Assembly: GCA_008632985.1 (NCBI GenBank) | Contig: QPGO01000194.1 | Coordinates: forward strand, 62,001-126,000 | Source: Psammoneis japonica | Taxonomy: Eukaryota | Reading direction: 5' to 3' | Length of the DNA: 64,000 nt | Part shown: piece after piece, positions 36,897 through 51,071 of the stretch | Layout: the number at the start of each line of letters is the position of its first letter | How positions within the stretch are numbered: position 1 is the stretch's first letter | Notes under the pieces: model-generated | What the model was told of the DNA's origin: nothing | Databases searched by the model: none | What the model saw: the letters and a program-made list of their open reading frames with translations, nothing else | Program-made: the position numbers and the translations under genes

Positions 36897-38444
36897 TCAT
36901 TTGTGCTCTCCGCGCATCGCTTTGAGCGCCCGTTCTGCACTACAACGTTGCTGCATCTCGAGCCGTCGGTCTAGGCGAAGTTTGCTGTACTCTTGTAAGG
37001 CTGTTGGGATATCTTGACTATCGCGAACAGAAACCGCTAGTGTAGCAGCATCTTCAAAAGCAAAGCTTGCAGCTGTTCAAAGAGAAAGAGCATTTGTAGT
37101 GAGCACAAACGATTTGACGAATACACCCAAGCTCTTTTTGTATTGTGCCGGTATCCTACCATGTCCATAAGCGGCGTTTGTCACGGAGCAAGCATCTCCA
37201 ACGAGTACCACTCTACCGTCGTCAGAAATGAGACGTAATCTGTCCATTGGAACTTCCTCGGATCGACGAACTACAATGGCATCCGCGTCAGAGTTTGCAA
37301 CCAACTCCAGCACAAGTTCACGACCTGGTGAGTCCAATCTTCTTAGCAAAGACATTACATTTTCCTTGACTAGGTCTAAATTTTCGGGATTAGAGGAAAG
37401 AAATCGCTCTCCATCTTGATCAGCAATAGATATGGACCAGTACGTGTATCGAGAGCCCGCAGGACCGGCGAAGTACGCTACTTGACCACACTTTGTAATG
37501 AAAGAATACGTTGTATTAGGCTCACAAGATTCTTCTTCACTCAGGTCAACTGGCGCCACTGCCTTGACGTTCACTCTTCCCATATCCACCATCTCAGCTC
37601 GAGCAATGTTCTTGGAAACTTCTACAGGAAGGCACACGTTGTTGTGGAGGCAATACCTAAAGATTGAATAAAGCCCGTCTGCTCCGACCAGTAGCGGCGC
37701 ATACCTTGGAGTTCCTTGAAGATCACAAATCACCTGTCCCTCTATATCTACTGGAAAAACAACACTTGCTTCATCGAAATGTCGTGATCCATACCCAATA
37801 ATTTCATCGCCGAAACCAGTGTTTAGGCAATCGGACGGAAGTTGATTAGCTAGCATTGATCGGAGAACACCCCATCGTATCAGTATCACGGGAAGATCCA
37901 AGCCATTGTCCATGGCATTTTGTGATACATTAGAAGAACCGCTCTGCGTTTGTACAGTGGTGATGTTTTTCTTGATCACAGAGCCGGCTTCAATGACGCG
38001 ATTCATTAGACCATCGCCACCAATTTCTCGCAGCGCTCGAAGTCCGTTTGGCCCGACCTGTACCGCAGCCCCAGCATTTTCTAAACAGAATTCCTCTTTA
38101 GACAACGATTCAAACACGTGAACATTTGATGCTCCTGAGATCGATCTCAGAGCTAAAGCTGTAGCGAGACCGGCAAGCCCACCTCCAACGATAACTGTTC
38201 CGTCGGCTTGATGATGCGTGGTCTCGATGGTCTCTTGATGCCTACTCTTTACAGGTTGAGCGTTTCGGATTATTTGTCGGTCGGTCGACAGCAATCTGCG
38301 AGTAGACATGAAGAAAGTAAGCGACTGATTCACACTACGGCCGAAAGTTTTGCCGACGAGAGTGCTAAAGGATTTTCTATGAAGAGTGAGCGATTCTATG
38401 CGTCCTCCCAACGTAGCCATCTGAATTACTGCTGCACATGTCAT
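36897..38444 (-). CDS. FAD-dependent monooxygenase (UbiH/zeaxanthin-epoxidase-like superfamily)
   Basis: VIVGGGLAGLATALAL (GxGxxG), GADG and LVGDA motifs. After an intron at ~37075-37160 the last exon reads AASFAFEDAATLA. Confidence 0.85.
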
Positions 38445-38979
38445 TTGTGATGGCCATTCATCATGATAGACGAGTCACTTACCGGTATGCTGATGATTGG
38501 CTTGAAGTTGAAAAGGTGAGTACGTCAGATGGCGTAAGAGAACAGAAAGCGAACACTGGATGCGATAAGTACAGAAATCGCCCTCTATTCGGAAAGGGTG
38601 TACAGACTGCAATGCTAAAACTAAAATAAATATATTCTTAATATATTGAAATGAACGGATATTAAAGTATTAAAAGCATTTCATATACATATTCAGACCT
38701 GAGATAAAATGGATTCTCAACAGCCGTTGAACGTGCAACGGTCGGGTCGTCCCGCGAGATGTCGAGAGAAAAACGGCGACAATGAGAGAACATTCAACAC
38801 ACCGTGCACGACCGAAACCCACTACTACTAGAGCATAAGCACCGTATTTACCATCAAAACGATTGATTCAATACTCGACAAGAAACAGAAAGCTCTTCAC
38901 TGTGCTGAAAAGTTGCTTTCGCCTGTCCCTCACCTTTATTTCAAATAGGAAGTAATAAAAAGTCCGCAACTCCGTCAGC

Positions 38980-41900
38980 ATGAGCTCTGTTGCAATGGCG
39001 ACGACGTCTTTCCGCGACGCTGTCGTCTCTGGAGAGTCCGCGCCTGCATCCAACCAGTCTGCCACTGAGGACCTGTTCCGACCGCCGCCAACATCAATGA
39101 CACTCGTTGCGGCGTTGATGTTGCTAGACACTCCGCTTGAACCGGGCCCCAGTGAAGAAGAAGCTAACCTCCCCCAAAGTGAAGAGCATGTTTTCCTCTT
39201 GACCCGAAAGTACCTGCAGAACTGGTTGTGCTGGGCGCTTAATCAGCCTGTACCTGATGAGGAATCGCATCGAGTTCGACTAGCGCTTCTTTGGCCGCTT
39301 CTATTCACAAATTAACGCCACCTCAGACGTCATCGGCGTATGAGAATCCAGGTCCAATCGACTCTACTCAATTATCCGTACTCGGACACCCCCTCTTGCT
39401 TCGACCAAATGTTGTCGTTGGAGCTGTTGCCGTACCAAAAGATAGCGACTCGTCGCCGCCAGATGATGTCATGAGTGATTCTGGAAAAGATGCGGATGTT
39501 GTACCTAAGAAACCACCCGCACGGAGCGAAGTTGAACGCATTGGGTGCTGCGCCGTCCCTGAAAGATTTTATGAGGTGAGAGAGTCGTGATTAGGTCTTT
39601 TTGATTTTGCCATAGTCAAGTACTTTGCTTTTCTCATTCCCCCCCTTCTAGCTCTTGCGCTCTACCCACGGCGTCGTATGTAGCGACTTGTCGTCAGTGT
39701 CATTTCAGCCGTACGAAGGAACGAAACGTAGTTCTGCCGCCGTTTATCATCACCCCATTCACTCCAACCGGCGGCAAATCTTCTCCCCGTGCGACAAATA
39801 GACCTGATAATGTCACGAAGGTTGGAGGAAGGAACAATCGGAACGTCAAAAGGACTGAATATCCCCGACCGGTGGAGTTTCGAAGAAAAGTAGTGTTCAT
39901 CAGAGCCCACATACCAACCCCAGTCTCGGGTTTGCAGTCGCCCATGTCCAAGTTGCTGCATAACGAGGAGTCACTCTCCAAGAGATTCGTTGCGGCGGTG
40001 GAGCTGTATCCGGTCAAGTTCTTGTATTCAGTAGTTTCCCTGGAAGTGAATGATAGCGTTCATCCGGCTTCATCACCACCGCAGTCTCGACCCCGCATGG
40101 ATGTTGCTAGTTTGCCAGGGTCACCTGTTTGCGGGAACACGAAAGATATGATCGCAATGCTGTCCGCTTTCAGTCCAGGCGGAAAATTACAGACCATTCA
40201 CTCAAAAGAAATGTCCGATGGTTCTCCATCCTCGCTTCAACCGTCGGAGAAGTCAGACAGTCAAGGAGATACGCCAGAAACCAAGGAGTCAGTGGTTCAC
40301 AAGCCCTCAGGCTTTCTTCTTGTGTCTCGTACTTCCTTGATTGCGGACGCGCTACAAGCTGTTTTCAAAGAAGTGACCCCAAACAAGGCAAGAACTTGCG
40401 TTCGTGTTTGGAGCAAGATGGACAAAGTTCCGGAAGGGGCGACTACAAGCGGAGATGGTTACGAGCTGGTAGACATTGACTCCCTCGATGGAAAGTTATT
40501 GTCCTTGGACGATGAACCAAAAGGACAAGAGAAGCCAGAGATGACGGTGGCGGAATGGGTGAGGCGCCAAACAGGAGAAAACTCGAGACTGTCTCTATCC
40601 TGATTGAAACGCGAGCCAATTCGTCGACGGAGTGGCCAAGAAATGCGCTTGAGTTGGAAAATCGGATTCAGGTACGATGTTCGATGATTTTTCGATGATT
40701 TATCTGTGTCATCTCGAAGCTCATCAACTGTATTATGTTGCCAACGTTAGGTAGGAGACGTTGTGGACGCGCAAGATACCGCAGGCCATTGGTTTGATCT
40801 GTGGTCAGGCAAGNCAGATGATACCGTCTGTGTTCACTACACTGGCTGGTCATCGCGGTGGGATACCAGGATACGAAGACGGGGTCGCGATACTGAGCTT
40901 GACATAAAGACCAAGGTGAGCAATGCTTTTCAGAGCTGTCTCTGCGCTGTCTCTGCAGGGCAAACGAAATGAAAGGAATACTTACTATATGCGCTTTACA
41001 CTCTCGTCTGCAGAGGGTGATTGCCCCAGCTGCTCTTTGGACTCATACCTCTCGATGGCGACAAAACGTACGAGTCGGTGACAACGTTGAGGTTCGGGAG
41101 TCTTCCTCTCTTTTTCAACGCCCGAGGTGGCTCCGAGGAATTGTGCGGGCCGTTGGAAAAGAGGGTGATCCTGAAAGAGAGACCGTTTGTGGTGCAGAGC
41201 TTGAGCTCTACGACATCGACGGAAAGATGGCGCCGCTTTTTCTTTTCAATCGAAAACAACAGGTATGATTCAATCTTAATCATTGCTATACGATACTCTA
41301 TGCAGGATCCAGTTCATCTTATTTTACTCCGCTGTGTTGTTTCTTCCTTTCTAAAACCAGGTTCTGGTTGAGGTCCCGCAAGAAAAGAATAATACCGCGC
41401 TGTCTCTCGCCTCGGTTCCAGGTCAATCATTGCCAGATTCAAGCGACAGGAAATCTCAGCAGACACCGTTTCTTCGGTGGGTATACTTGTACGGTGAAGA
41501 AATCTGTCAGAAAGGAACTCACCTGCAATACGAGGACGACACAAATCGTCCAGCTACTTTGAGCTATCTCTATGATACAACAAAGCCACCAGTGGAAGTT
41601 CTGAAGTCCTTCAACAACATACATGGAGCGGGATTTGTTAGAGGTATGATGCTTGCGACGTTTTGGTTCATGGCGATGATGCTACCACCTTCGTTACATT
41701 GCTGACGTTTTTTCTTGCATCTTGTTTGCCTGAATTAGAGTCGCTTCGTGGAGTCCCACCAGCCCCTGGTTCAGTTGGACTTCACAACTTGGGAAACTCG
41801 TGTTTTCTTAATTCGATTGTTCAGTGCCTGAATCACATCGAACCCCTCACACAATACTTTCTGAAAGGAACTTATTCGAATGATTTGAACAGAAAGAATC

Positions 41901-42931
41901 CATTGGGGAGCGGTGGTAGAGTTGCAGTGGCATTTGCATCCCTACTTAATGACATGTGGGGCGGCGAGTACTCAATACTTGCTCCCCGTCGACTTAAACA
42001 GACAGTTGGCTTCTTTGCGCCGCAATTCAACAACGTTTATCAGCACGATAGTCATGAATTTTGCTCGTTCCTGATGGACGGCCTTCACGAAGACTTGAAT
42101 CGAGTGAAGAAGAAGCCTTATGTGGAGGAACTAGAAGGGCGTGGAATGAAAGACAAAAAGGTTGCAATTGAGTCTTGGCGGAAGCATCTCTTACGACACG
42201 ATAGCGTGATTGTCGACTATTGTCAAGGGATGCATCGGTCTCATCTTACATGTCCTGTTTGTGGACGAGAAAGCATCAAGTTCGACGTGTATTCAACCAT
42301 ATCCCTGCCGCTTCCGCCTCTTAAGCCTGATCCCGTGAATATCAAGGACTGCCTTGAGATGTTTACTGCCGGTGAGCAACTCGATGATCGCAACGCATGG
42401 TACTGCCCAAGCTGCAAGAAACATGTTTGTGCGTTGAAAATGATAGCTCTGTGGTCGGTGCCTGATATACTGATCTTTCACTTAAAGAGATTTACATTCA
42501 ACACTTGCAAGACATCCGGTGGTGTCGTTCGATCAAAGATTGAGGATAAGGTGGTATTTCCTATCGATAATCTGGACATGACTGACTACATCCTTGGCCC
42601 AGTTGATGAAGACGCGCCTCCAATATACCAGCTCTTTGCCGTGAGTGAACATAGCGGACATACCGCAAATAGCGGGCATTACACCGCCACAGTACGAAAT
42701 TCGAAGGACGCACAGTGGTATCGATTTAATGACTCTCACGTTGGAAGTACGTCTGGAGAGGCAGCTGTGACAGGTGGAGCGTACATGTTGTTTTATCAAC
42801 GTCGAAAGGGATCATCGCGATGGGCTGGAATGGAGAAGGTAATGAAAAATCCAGGAGATGACGATAATGTTGACGAGGATGGATTCACGCAAGTCAAATC
42901 GAAGAAAAAACACAAGAAAAGAGTTCGTTAG
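38980..42931 (+). CDS. Ubiquitin-specific protease (peptidase C19), multi-exon
   Basis: Cys box GLHNLGNSCFLNSIVQCL, QHDSHEF, LHEDLNRV, WYCPSCK, HLKRF, His box SGHYTA, WYRFNDS. The N-terminus has a DUSP-like PGPIDS. Confidence 0.95.
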
Positions 42932-43089
42932 TTTAAAAAAGGAGTGGGAATGGAATCAAAAAGAATTACTGTGGTGAGATGCCTCATTGGAAGACCCATG
43001 CAAGGGATGAACAGAAATAATCCTTTACAGTATGAGAAGAATACCAGTAGAAAGACTAAAAGCTGGAGGTAAACTAGACAATGGGAAGT

Positions 43090-46000
43090 TTAGCTCTTCT
43101 TTCGCGAACCGGCAGCGCTCTTCTTTTTTCCGTTCGTCTTTTTTCCGTTCGCAGCCTTCCCCCCTTTAGCTGCTTTTCCCCGTTTCTTCTTCGCAAACAG
43201 AGCAAGGACCGCCTCCGAGTCCGATTCATCGCCGTCGTCATCGCTACCTTCAAGTGCAGCGTCGTCGTTTACTGCATCGAGGTCAGTAGGATCGACTTCT
43301 GAAGATTTCTTCTTTTTCTTAGTTTTGCCAACACCTTGTTCAGCAACGAGAGCCTGGCTCTTATGGCTTCCTTTGTTGTACTCTCTCGTAAAGGCCGCTT
43401 TTTGCTTGCTGTCGAGACTCGAAAAAGACTTCGCCTTAGAGTTCATCTTGAACTCGTCTAGATTTTCGAACACATCGTCACGATCTAAGCCATAATCGTC
43501 CATGAGAGATATCGCATCAGCTGTTTTTGGGCCTTCCTTGTCCGACATTAAGGAAAAGAACCTCTCCCGCAATGTCGGCACGTAGCGAAGCCTGAATTCG
43601 CGAGAATCTCCACTTACTTTGTAATTCACATGGTGGTGAAGCTCTTGGAGAAGACGGACCTTCTTGCCGCGAGTTGAGTTCTTACCCATCCATCCTGCAA
43701 ACTCAGGAAAGCCTGGAAGAAACGCCCCGCTTTCGCCACCGGCGTGATAGCCTGTTTTCACTGACAACATTGCGCACAGCGGGAGTAAGCCCCACTGTTG
43801 ATCGCCGCTGCGAACAGCATGCTCCGCGACAGCGAAATCGGACATGCTGGAGGAAGCCTCGCTCATGCTATCTAGAAAGTCGAGAACTCTGCTTTCATCG
43901 TCACTTCGCTTCGCTTCTTGATACCTACTCACCATCACCCGAAGGTAATTCTGCTGTACCATGAGCCCCATGAGGCTGTAATCAACAAGTATGCATCGCT
44001 ACGCTTATAGAGGCTATCCCTCTCAGCCTTCGCGTCTACGCCAGCCATGCCTTACGTCCTTCAACAAGAAGCTTGGTGGCATCAAACAGACTCACGCAAA
44101 GAATTTCATCCTTGCTGATTTCGCTCTTCCGGTCTTTTAAGTCTTTGTATGTCATTGAAGAATTTGACCCCTTCTTGTTTGACCACATTTGAAGGCAATT
44201 AATGACTTGTCGAATGTCGTTGCCACAAGACTCTGCAATGGCTTCAGCGGCGTTCTGCTCCACCTTCATTCCCTCCATCTCTCCAATCCTAACCGCACGT
44301 CTCGCAATGACCGTCTTGACAGGTCGCTTGTAGCGTAGATCTAGGCAGTGTGATACGAGGCTCTTCACTTTCTGACTCTGCCGATCGTTACAAATGCAAA
44401 TAATTGGTACCTTCGACGACTTGATCATCTTGATAAGTTCTGCCATTCCACTCCTATCTCCGGCACCCATCCCGTCTACCTCGTCCATAATGATGCATCG
44501 TTTCTTGACGGGTGGTGGCTTCTTGTTGGGATGAGAGGGCCCAAAGTTAAGAACTTGCGAACCAGTCACGTCTCCTAGTCCTTCTCCGAGTGCTTTCTTC
44601 GACCGTACATCAGATGCGTTGAACTCGAGAACGTCACGCCCAGCCTCCGTTGCGACCAAGATGGCTGTTGTTGTCTTACCTACCGAATTGACGGCACGAA
44701 CAGATCGTAATCAGTCAGCATTCCTACAAGCTAGGCCAGAACTCGGATTTTGAGAGAATCACTTACCAATACCCGGAGGGCCAGAAAGAAGAGCCGCTTT
44801 ACGAGGACCGCCCGGAGCCGTAAAAGTCTTGCCTTGGGCTCTAGGATTGTTGAAGACAGTCTCCCACTTCGAAAGCCCTGTATCGAAAACAAATGTGAAC
44901 AACGTAAGATTCAAATTTGAAAAATTTCAATAGACAGTTTGGAGCAAAGAAAACTTCTCACAATTTGATAACTTCTTGACAGACTCCTGGTTACCCAAGA
45001 TATCGCGAGTTGTTTGGGGAGCGTATTTGTCTGCCCAGAGCGCATTTGGCCCCATATCGGTCTTGGGAGTGGCTGGAGCTGCGCTCGCTGGTACCTTTTT
45101 AGTCGCATAAGGATTGCTTGCATAAGGATTAGCCGTGGCGCTCGCCCCGCTTTTCTTTGCCGCATTCTTGGCATAGGGGTTGAACGTCTTCGCGTAAGGG
45201 TTAGTTGGAACAGGCTTAGGTTTAACAGCAACCTCCGAATTGCTTTCAGTAGGTGGAGGGGCTGTCTTCACTCCTCTCGGGGCAGCTTTTGTCACTGAGT
45301 TCACTGGCTCCTGCGGGGGGTTCTCCGCACGGGCTTTATCACTGTATCGCTTGGCTAAACCATAGAGCTGCTCCTCGCCCTTTAGAACGATAACTTTGAG
45401 CTCCATTGCCGTCTTGTACTTTTTACCCTCATCGTAGGGACGCCCATCCTCTAGAAGATCGCCAACCACCAAATAACTAGTTCTTCCAGACACGGCGCTA
45501 GTGACGCGTCCGCCAAGCATCTTGACGTAGTCTTCGGCATCCTGCCTCGCCACGTTTGGTAGGACACCCGTGAATACAAAGGTGAGACCAGCAAGGCATT
45601 CTGGGGTGGCATCGTCGGTAGGGAATTCCTTGAGGGGCTCTGTCGGTTCCAGAAGTGGTTCCTTTTTCTTCTTCTTGGAAGACTTGGGCGTTGGAGATTT
45701 TCGTTTTTTCTTTGCCGGTGTAGACTGCCTGGACGGCGGAGTGACCGGAGAAGCAGAAATCTCCTCTGCTTCCTCTGTTTCAATACCCTTGTCAACATCC
45801 AGAGAAGGCCTGCCACGCTTCTTGTTGGTCTCTTTCTCTGTGGGGCTGAGATGAATGGGAGAAACATCCTTCCGGTCCTCCTTGGCTTCTACTTCTTCGA
45901 TTACAACATCGCTCTTGGCTTCAGGCTTTTTCTCTGCGCTCTTTGCAAAAAAGTCTGATGCCGATATTTCTGTACGACTTCCCTTTACTGCAGTACCTCC

Positions 46001-46333
46001 GCTCTTTGCCTTCTTGGCGGGAGTCGATAGGGGCTCTTGATGATTCTTGCGTTTCTTAGGAGCAGCGTCTACGTCATCCTCGCTTGAGGTGTCGTCATCG
46101 TCGAGTACAACGCGTCGTTTCGCTTGAGCCTTGGACTTGTTCTCAACACGAGTCATTACAACGTTTTCATCATCTGTCGAGGAGTCGTCGATGCTGACTT
46201 TTGCCTTTCTTGAAACTGCCGCTGTTGCTCGTGGTCCGCTAGCTTCGTCATTGGAAGAGCTCGCGGCTGGCGGCGCTTTCTTCTTTGGCTTTCCCGACTT
46301 GGAGGCCTTCCCAAAAAAGTTCCGAATATCCAT
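43090..46333 (-). CDS. RFC1: Replication factor C subunit 1
   Basis: MDIRNFF start, BRCT GLTFVFTG..GGRVTSAVS, LWADKYAP, Walker A GPPGI|GKT across an intron, IMDEVDGM, and C-terminal KAAFTREYNK. Two introns and a frameshift near 44.0 kb. Confidence 0.97.
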
Positions 46334-47257
46334 GGCTTACTTTCGGGAAGGGTTACAATACCGCCTAATCTGAAACTTTAATTGGTACTTCTGCAATGTA
46401 TCGTGGAGACCAGTGACAGCAAAATCGAACGCGACGTCAACCCGATGAATATCCGGAGAGAAGAGCGGAGAGGCGCTTTTCGACTAGAAAGAAATGAGAA
46501 GATCCTTACACAAAAGCTTCGATAACTTTAATGCAGAAACAAATTAATCTGTCGAATGGCAAAAGGGGTATTCAAAGCAACAGTTTGAGGGCATCTGTGA
46601 TTTTAGAATGCCATGGGCGGTGGCGGCCGTCAGGAAGATACCGTGTGGCAAGTTCCAAAGTGAAGCGTGAAGCACGCACTGGGGGACGTCTCTGGACACC
46701 TGCTGTCCAAAGAATCTTCTGTAGGATTTGTACTGAAAAGCGCGGTAAGCTGTTTTTGACGTCGGTGAACGCTGGACAGACTCTAAGCATTTTTCTTACG
46801 TAGAAGTACGTGAAATGTACCACAGTAGAACATAACCTCAAACGCACTGGAGGACAGGATTTCTTTGAACTGTTTTCGTCGAAAAAGTCATTCTCAAAAA
46901 CATCATTTTAACAATGCCTGAATATTTTTATATACCGCGCGGACTCGAGGCGACTCCGAACCGTCGAAAAAAATAGCGCGCGCTTCTCCCTCCAACGAAC
47001 GCAGGAAGGCAGACGATGATTTCTCATGATCAGGCGGGAAAAAGTTGGAGAGCAAAGAGCAGGCAAGGAGGCAGTAGCAATCTACTTCTAATCATCCGAA
47101 GACGAGCAGCATCTCCACAGTTGTCAGTCGCCAAGCGTGTACAAAACGTGCTGGTTCCGTCCTTCCCTGCGGTTGCGGTGTAGTTGAACGTCATTGACCG
47201 AAAGATAATAAATTGACAGAGTTTTTTCTTGCGGTCCAGTCGTACAGTTTCCAAAGA

Positions 47258-47987
47258 ATGTCGTCGAGCTACAGACAACTCAGCACGCAAGAATCTTTGA
47301 ATAATAGTTCTACAACCCAATCTCCATCGTTTGGACCCGCTGGTCGAACAAGAACAAGATCCGAGCGTCTTTCTGACAAGCTACATGCACGTAAGTGAAA
47401 TGGTTTGTGCATGTGTCGCTCCGTTTCCTGCCTGCTTGCGATGCAACGTCTCACCTGAGCGCCTATTTGTTACCTCGACTGTGGCTTAATCGACTGTGCT
47501 ACGAAACCATTTTAATAAAGTGGCTTGGATTGTATCTGCTGGACTAGTGGCACGATGGTCAGATTTCTTTCATGTAATTTTCTCGAGCAGTTCCCGAGTA
47601 ATGCGTCCAGCGCTGTATGGAGCTTTCTGCTGTTTTGGCATCAATACGGTCTTGCTGCTTTATCTGACTGTTTATCTGCACGTTGTCGTGGGGTTACCAA
47701 GAGATTCGTCTGTGTATGATGTATGGTGTCCTCGTGTTATTCCTGCAATGACTGCTGTCGGGTTGCTGTGCTTCTTATTATTGATTCGGGCGACCTTTCC
47801 CGTGTGGGGTTTCCTCGCACCGCTTGTTCTCGGAATAGAAGTAAGTCAGAAACATGCGCAACGCAGTCGCCATGAGTTATGCAATGCAGCTTACCCCTGA
47901 CTTGTTTCTCGATACATTTTTGGCGCAACCTATTTCGAACAGGCACTCGGAGCACTTTTTAGCTTGCATTTCATTCCCTGGATGTAA
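47258..47987 (+). CDS. TMEM128-like multipass membrane protein, 3 exons
   Basis: YLTVYL..G....WCPRVIP..T..G....L..A.FPVWGFLAPL..G...LHFIP pattern. GTAAG introns at ~47391 and ~47841. Confidence 0.7.
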
Positions 47988-49053
47988 AATAGCACTCTTT
48001 CTATCTCATTCCAATCAATAGAGAGTGATAGGACCATACTCCTTTCACGGTCTATAGCCTATGCGCCTTGGACGCCTCCTGGTTTGAACAACCACCGGTA
48101 GGGCTTTGCGTTGCATTCTTCGGCGCAAAACAACAACTCAATGAAGAAAAATCGAGGTAGCTGCGCCACCGCAACTTCAAAACATCAACCTTAAATTAGA
48201 GAGTAAAAAGGGTGTGAAAGAGTGTACTGCAGGGCCCCAATCGATGCGTGATTCGATTCACATCAAATAATGTGAAGTAGGCTCTACTCTAGAGCTGACG
48301 CCGGCACGGCTACCGGTATGGCATTGTTCGTCGCGCTCACGAAAAATGGCGAAGCGCATAGCTAGCTTTCACATGAACGGCCGGCTATTTCCTGGCATGT
48401 CAGGCGTGTTACTTGTCGATGATTTCCAGGTTTGCTACACAATGGTAGACGCGTTTTGTAACATCGTTACGACAAGTTTGAACAATAGTGACATCGGAAG
48501 CTCTCTCAGGGTCTATGGCCTCATTCCTCCCATTTCGTAAAGTTGCAGGAAGAACGTTTGACGGGGCAGATGATCTATCCGATTGCGTGTTGGCCTCACT
48601 CTTCCTGGAATGCTGATACACCTGTACGGATATACGCCAAAACCTGAAATTCGGCCGTCAACATTTGAAAGAGGAGTTGAAATCAAGGAATGAACGTCGG
48701 TTACATAATTTAATCTGCCACCTATGCGTGTCATCGATCCCTTGAGTGGGAGACGACGGATCATTTGCGTATTGACGCAAGCACTTGAAAACGGGTCGCT
48801 GGGGACGTTGAGAAACAAAACCCAAAGCCTCTCCAACGGTGTGTAAGATCTATTTAGGAGTAGAGGAAACGTCCTCTTCTTGAGTGGTCAAAGGATGCGG
48901 TCCGCGGGTGAAGCACTTAAGCGACAGCCGATGAGTGATGACCGACCTCTCTGAAAATACTTGAGCTGACTGGCTTTCCAGGCTGTATTTTGAACAGCGA
49001 TACCAACTTGTCAGCAAGTGGAAACAAAAAACATGGATACCGACAAAGCCTCT

Positions 49054-50270
49054 CTAGAATGAAGCAAGCCCCGAGCTCAGCCCCGAGCTCGCGCTCGAAT
49101 GCGTTTCATCTTCCTCCTCTTCGTGAATAACGTCCAAGTCTGTGCTCTGGGTACGAGTGATTTTCGTCGTCACGCTGTGGGAGTTCCGAGAACGACTTGA
49201 CGTTTCTGGCGATGGCAAAAAGTCAGCGGAATTGTCGCTGTAGACAAGCGAGTCCCCATCGTTGATCTCATCAATGGGTTGTCTTGAACTTCGCTTGTTG
49301 GCACATAGAGCCTTGAAGGAAATGATTTTGATCACAAAGCAAAGCGAGAACCCCAGAACTCCCAGAAACACCCACAACAAGATAAGACCCACTTGGTTGT
49401 TGTTGCTACTGTCGGATTGGCTTCTTGAGGTATCCACGCTCCGAAACGAAATGCCGATAACATCCTTGTTGGTGTTGTTCAGCAACAATCCCAGATCCAT
49501 TTGTCGCTTGATAATGATCTGAGTCTTTTCGCGAATTTCCAGTGCGTTTGTTCCTTCTTGTACAAAGACTGTCGCCAATCCGTCAAAGTAAAAGCAGTTA
49601 GTTTCTGGTCGGTCAGCGCACGCTAGGAAAAGAGTTAATGAAAAGAACATCAGGTGAGTTTAAGTTGTAGGGACAAAAGCATTCGACGACAAAGAAACAT
49701 ACCTCCAGCTTGAGCTATCACATCGGGAGGATAAGAACTGATTCCGTGTACTACAGACGTTTGTTGGTTCTTTGCACTTCTGCTGGAGAGAGCACACTGA
49801 GTAGGAAACAGCGCAGGCAGCAGCGCGTTTCCTACTGCTTGTTCAATATCTCTGACAACGCTGATTCGCAACTCGTCAACACTAGAGATTTCCGTTGTTG
49901 TTTCAATCTGATATGGATAGTGAATCGTGACAACATCTCCCATCCGTGCTCCGTAGTCGCCTTGACTGTTCACGCTGCACGTCTCGAGCGGTGTACTAGT
50001 TCCACCGACTGAACTTGGCTCGCTAGTGGCTGTACTAGTAGGACTAGGAGACGGATCTATGGGAGCCGCTGTTGGAGCTCCTGCCGTTGGGTTTGTAGCA
50101 GTTGGAGCGAGAACGGGTTGAGCGTTGCTTTCCTCAGGATCTTCCTTATGTCTATGGGGTGCACAGCCGTTTGGGTTAGTACACCCCAAAAAGGAATTAT
50201 CTGCCAACGTCGCTGAGAAAACAACCAGCAACGAAACGCCCGAGAGCAATCGAGCGACGCTGTGTATCAT
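49054..50270 (-). CDS. Hypothetical single-pass membrane protein (signal peptide, P/T-rich linker, TM, Ser-rich tail), 2 exons
   Basis: Two abutting minus-strand ORFs joined by an intron near 49.6-49.7 kb. Hydrophobic N-terminus and a LILLWVFLGVLGFSLCFVI TM segment. Confidence 0.75.
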
Positions 50271-51071
50271 CTTGGCACTGCGTTTCAGAATACGAAGCAG
50301 AAAGCAGAGAATCGGTGTTTATTTCAATAAAGAAGAAACAGAAAAGAAAGAAGCAGCTGGAAAAGAATTGGAAGTGCAGCGGTGGTAAAACACACTATCT
50401 TGGATCTCTCGTCAATTGAAGTCATTGAGAGCTGAGCGAAGTTTGTTGTCGACGAGAACAAGATGATCCCGCTAGAATTACAATGATTAAAATCTTCGTC
50501 AACATAGAAGCGCATAACATTCAATTTCTTAGGGCGAGTTTGCGAATATACAAAATATATCGGACAATCTAGCAAATATATGTACCTAAACAAAACGTTT
50601 TGAATTCACAACACTATGGCCAACGCGCGCATTTCGACCCTGGTACAGATCCTACTTATTCCAACGTAGGGCCCTACTTGGTGGTATTTGAAGTACCTTT
50701 CAAAATTTATGATATTAAAATGTATGAATATTAGAAATAAAACAGTAAAATTGTCTTGGCCCAGCCAGCAAGCAAGGTGGCCTCACTTTTCGCGCCCCAC
50801 AACATTTTCTTACGCCACATTCAACATTGAACATTTTTTTGATTTTGATCGTGCACGATTCCTTAGGTTCTAAGGTATGGTGTAATGGTAGACCGGAGAT
50901 GAGGAGCCTCTCAAGGATTCATTTTGTTGTTCAGCCTGCACTTCACAGTATTGACTTATGTTTGACGATGCCATTGCTAGAGGGAGACTTCGCAAAACCG
51001 TCTCCCAATCTCAACTGCCTTAGACAAAGTACTGAAACCACATCGTAAAGTTCTATAGCTATTTTTTTAGT

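Noticed and set aside
48000..49000. Short ORFs between the TMEM128-like and membrane-protein genes
   Set aside because: No motif or splice support; likely UTR or intergenic.
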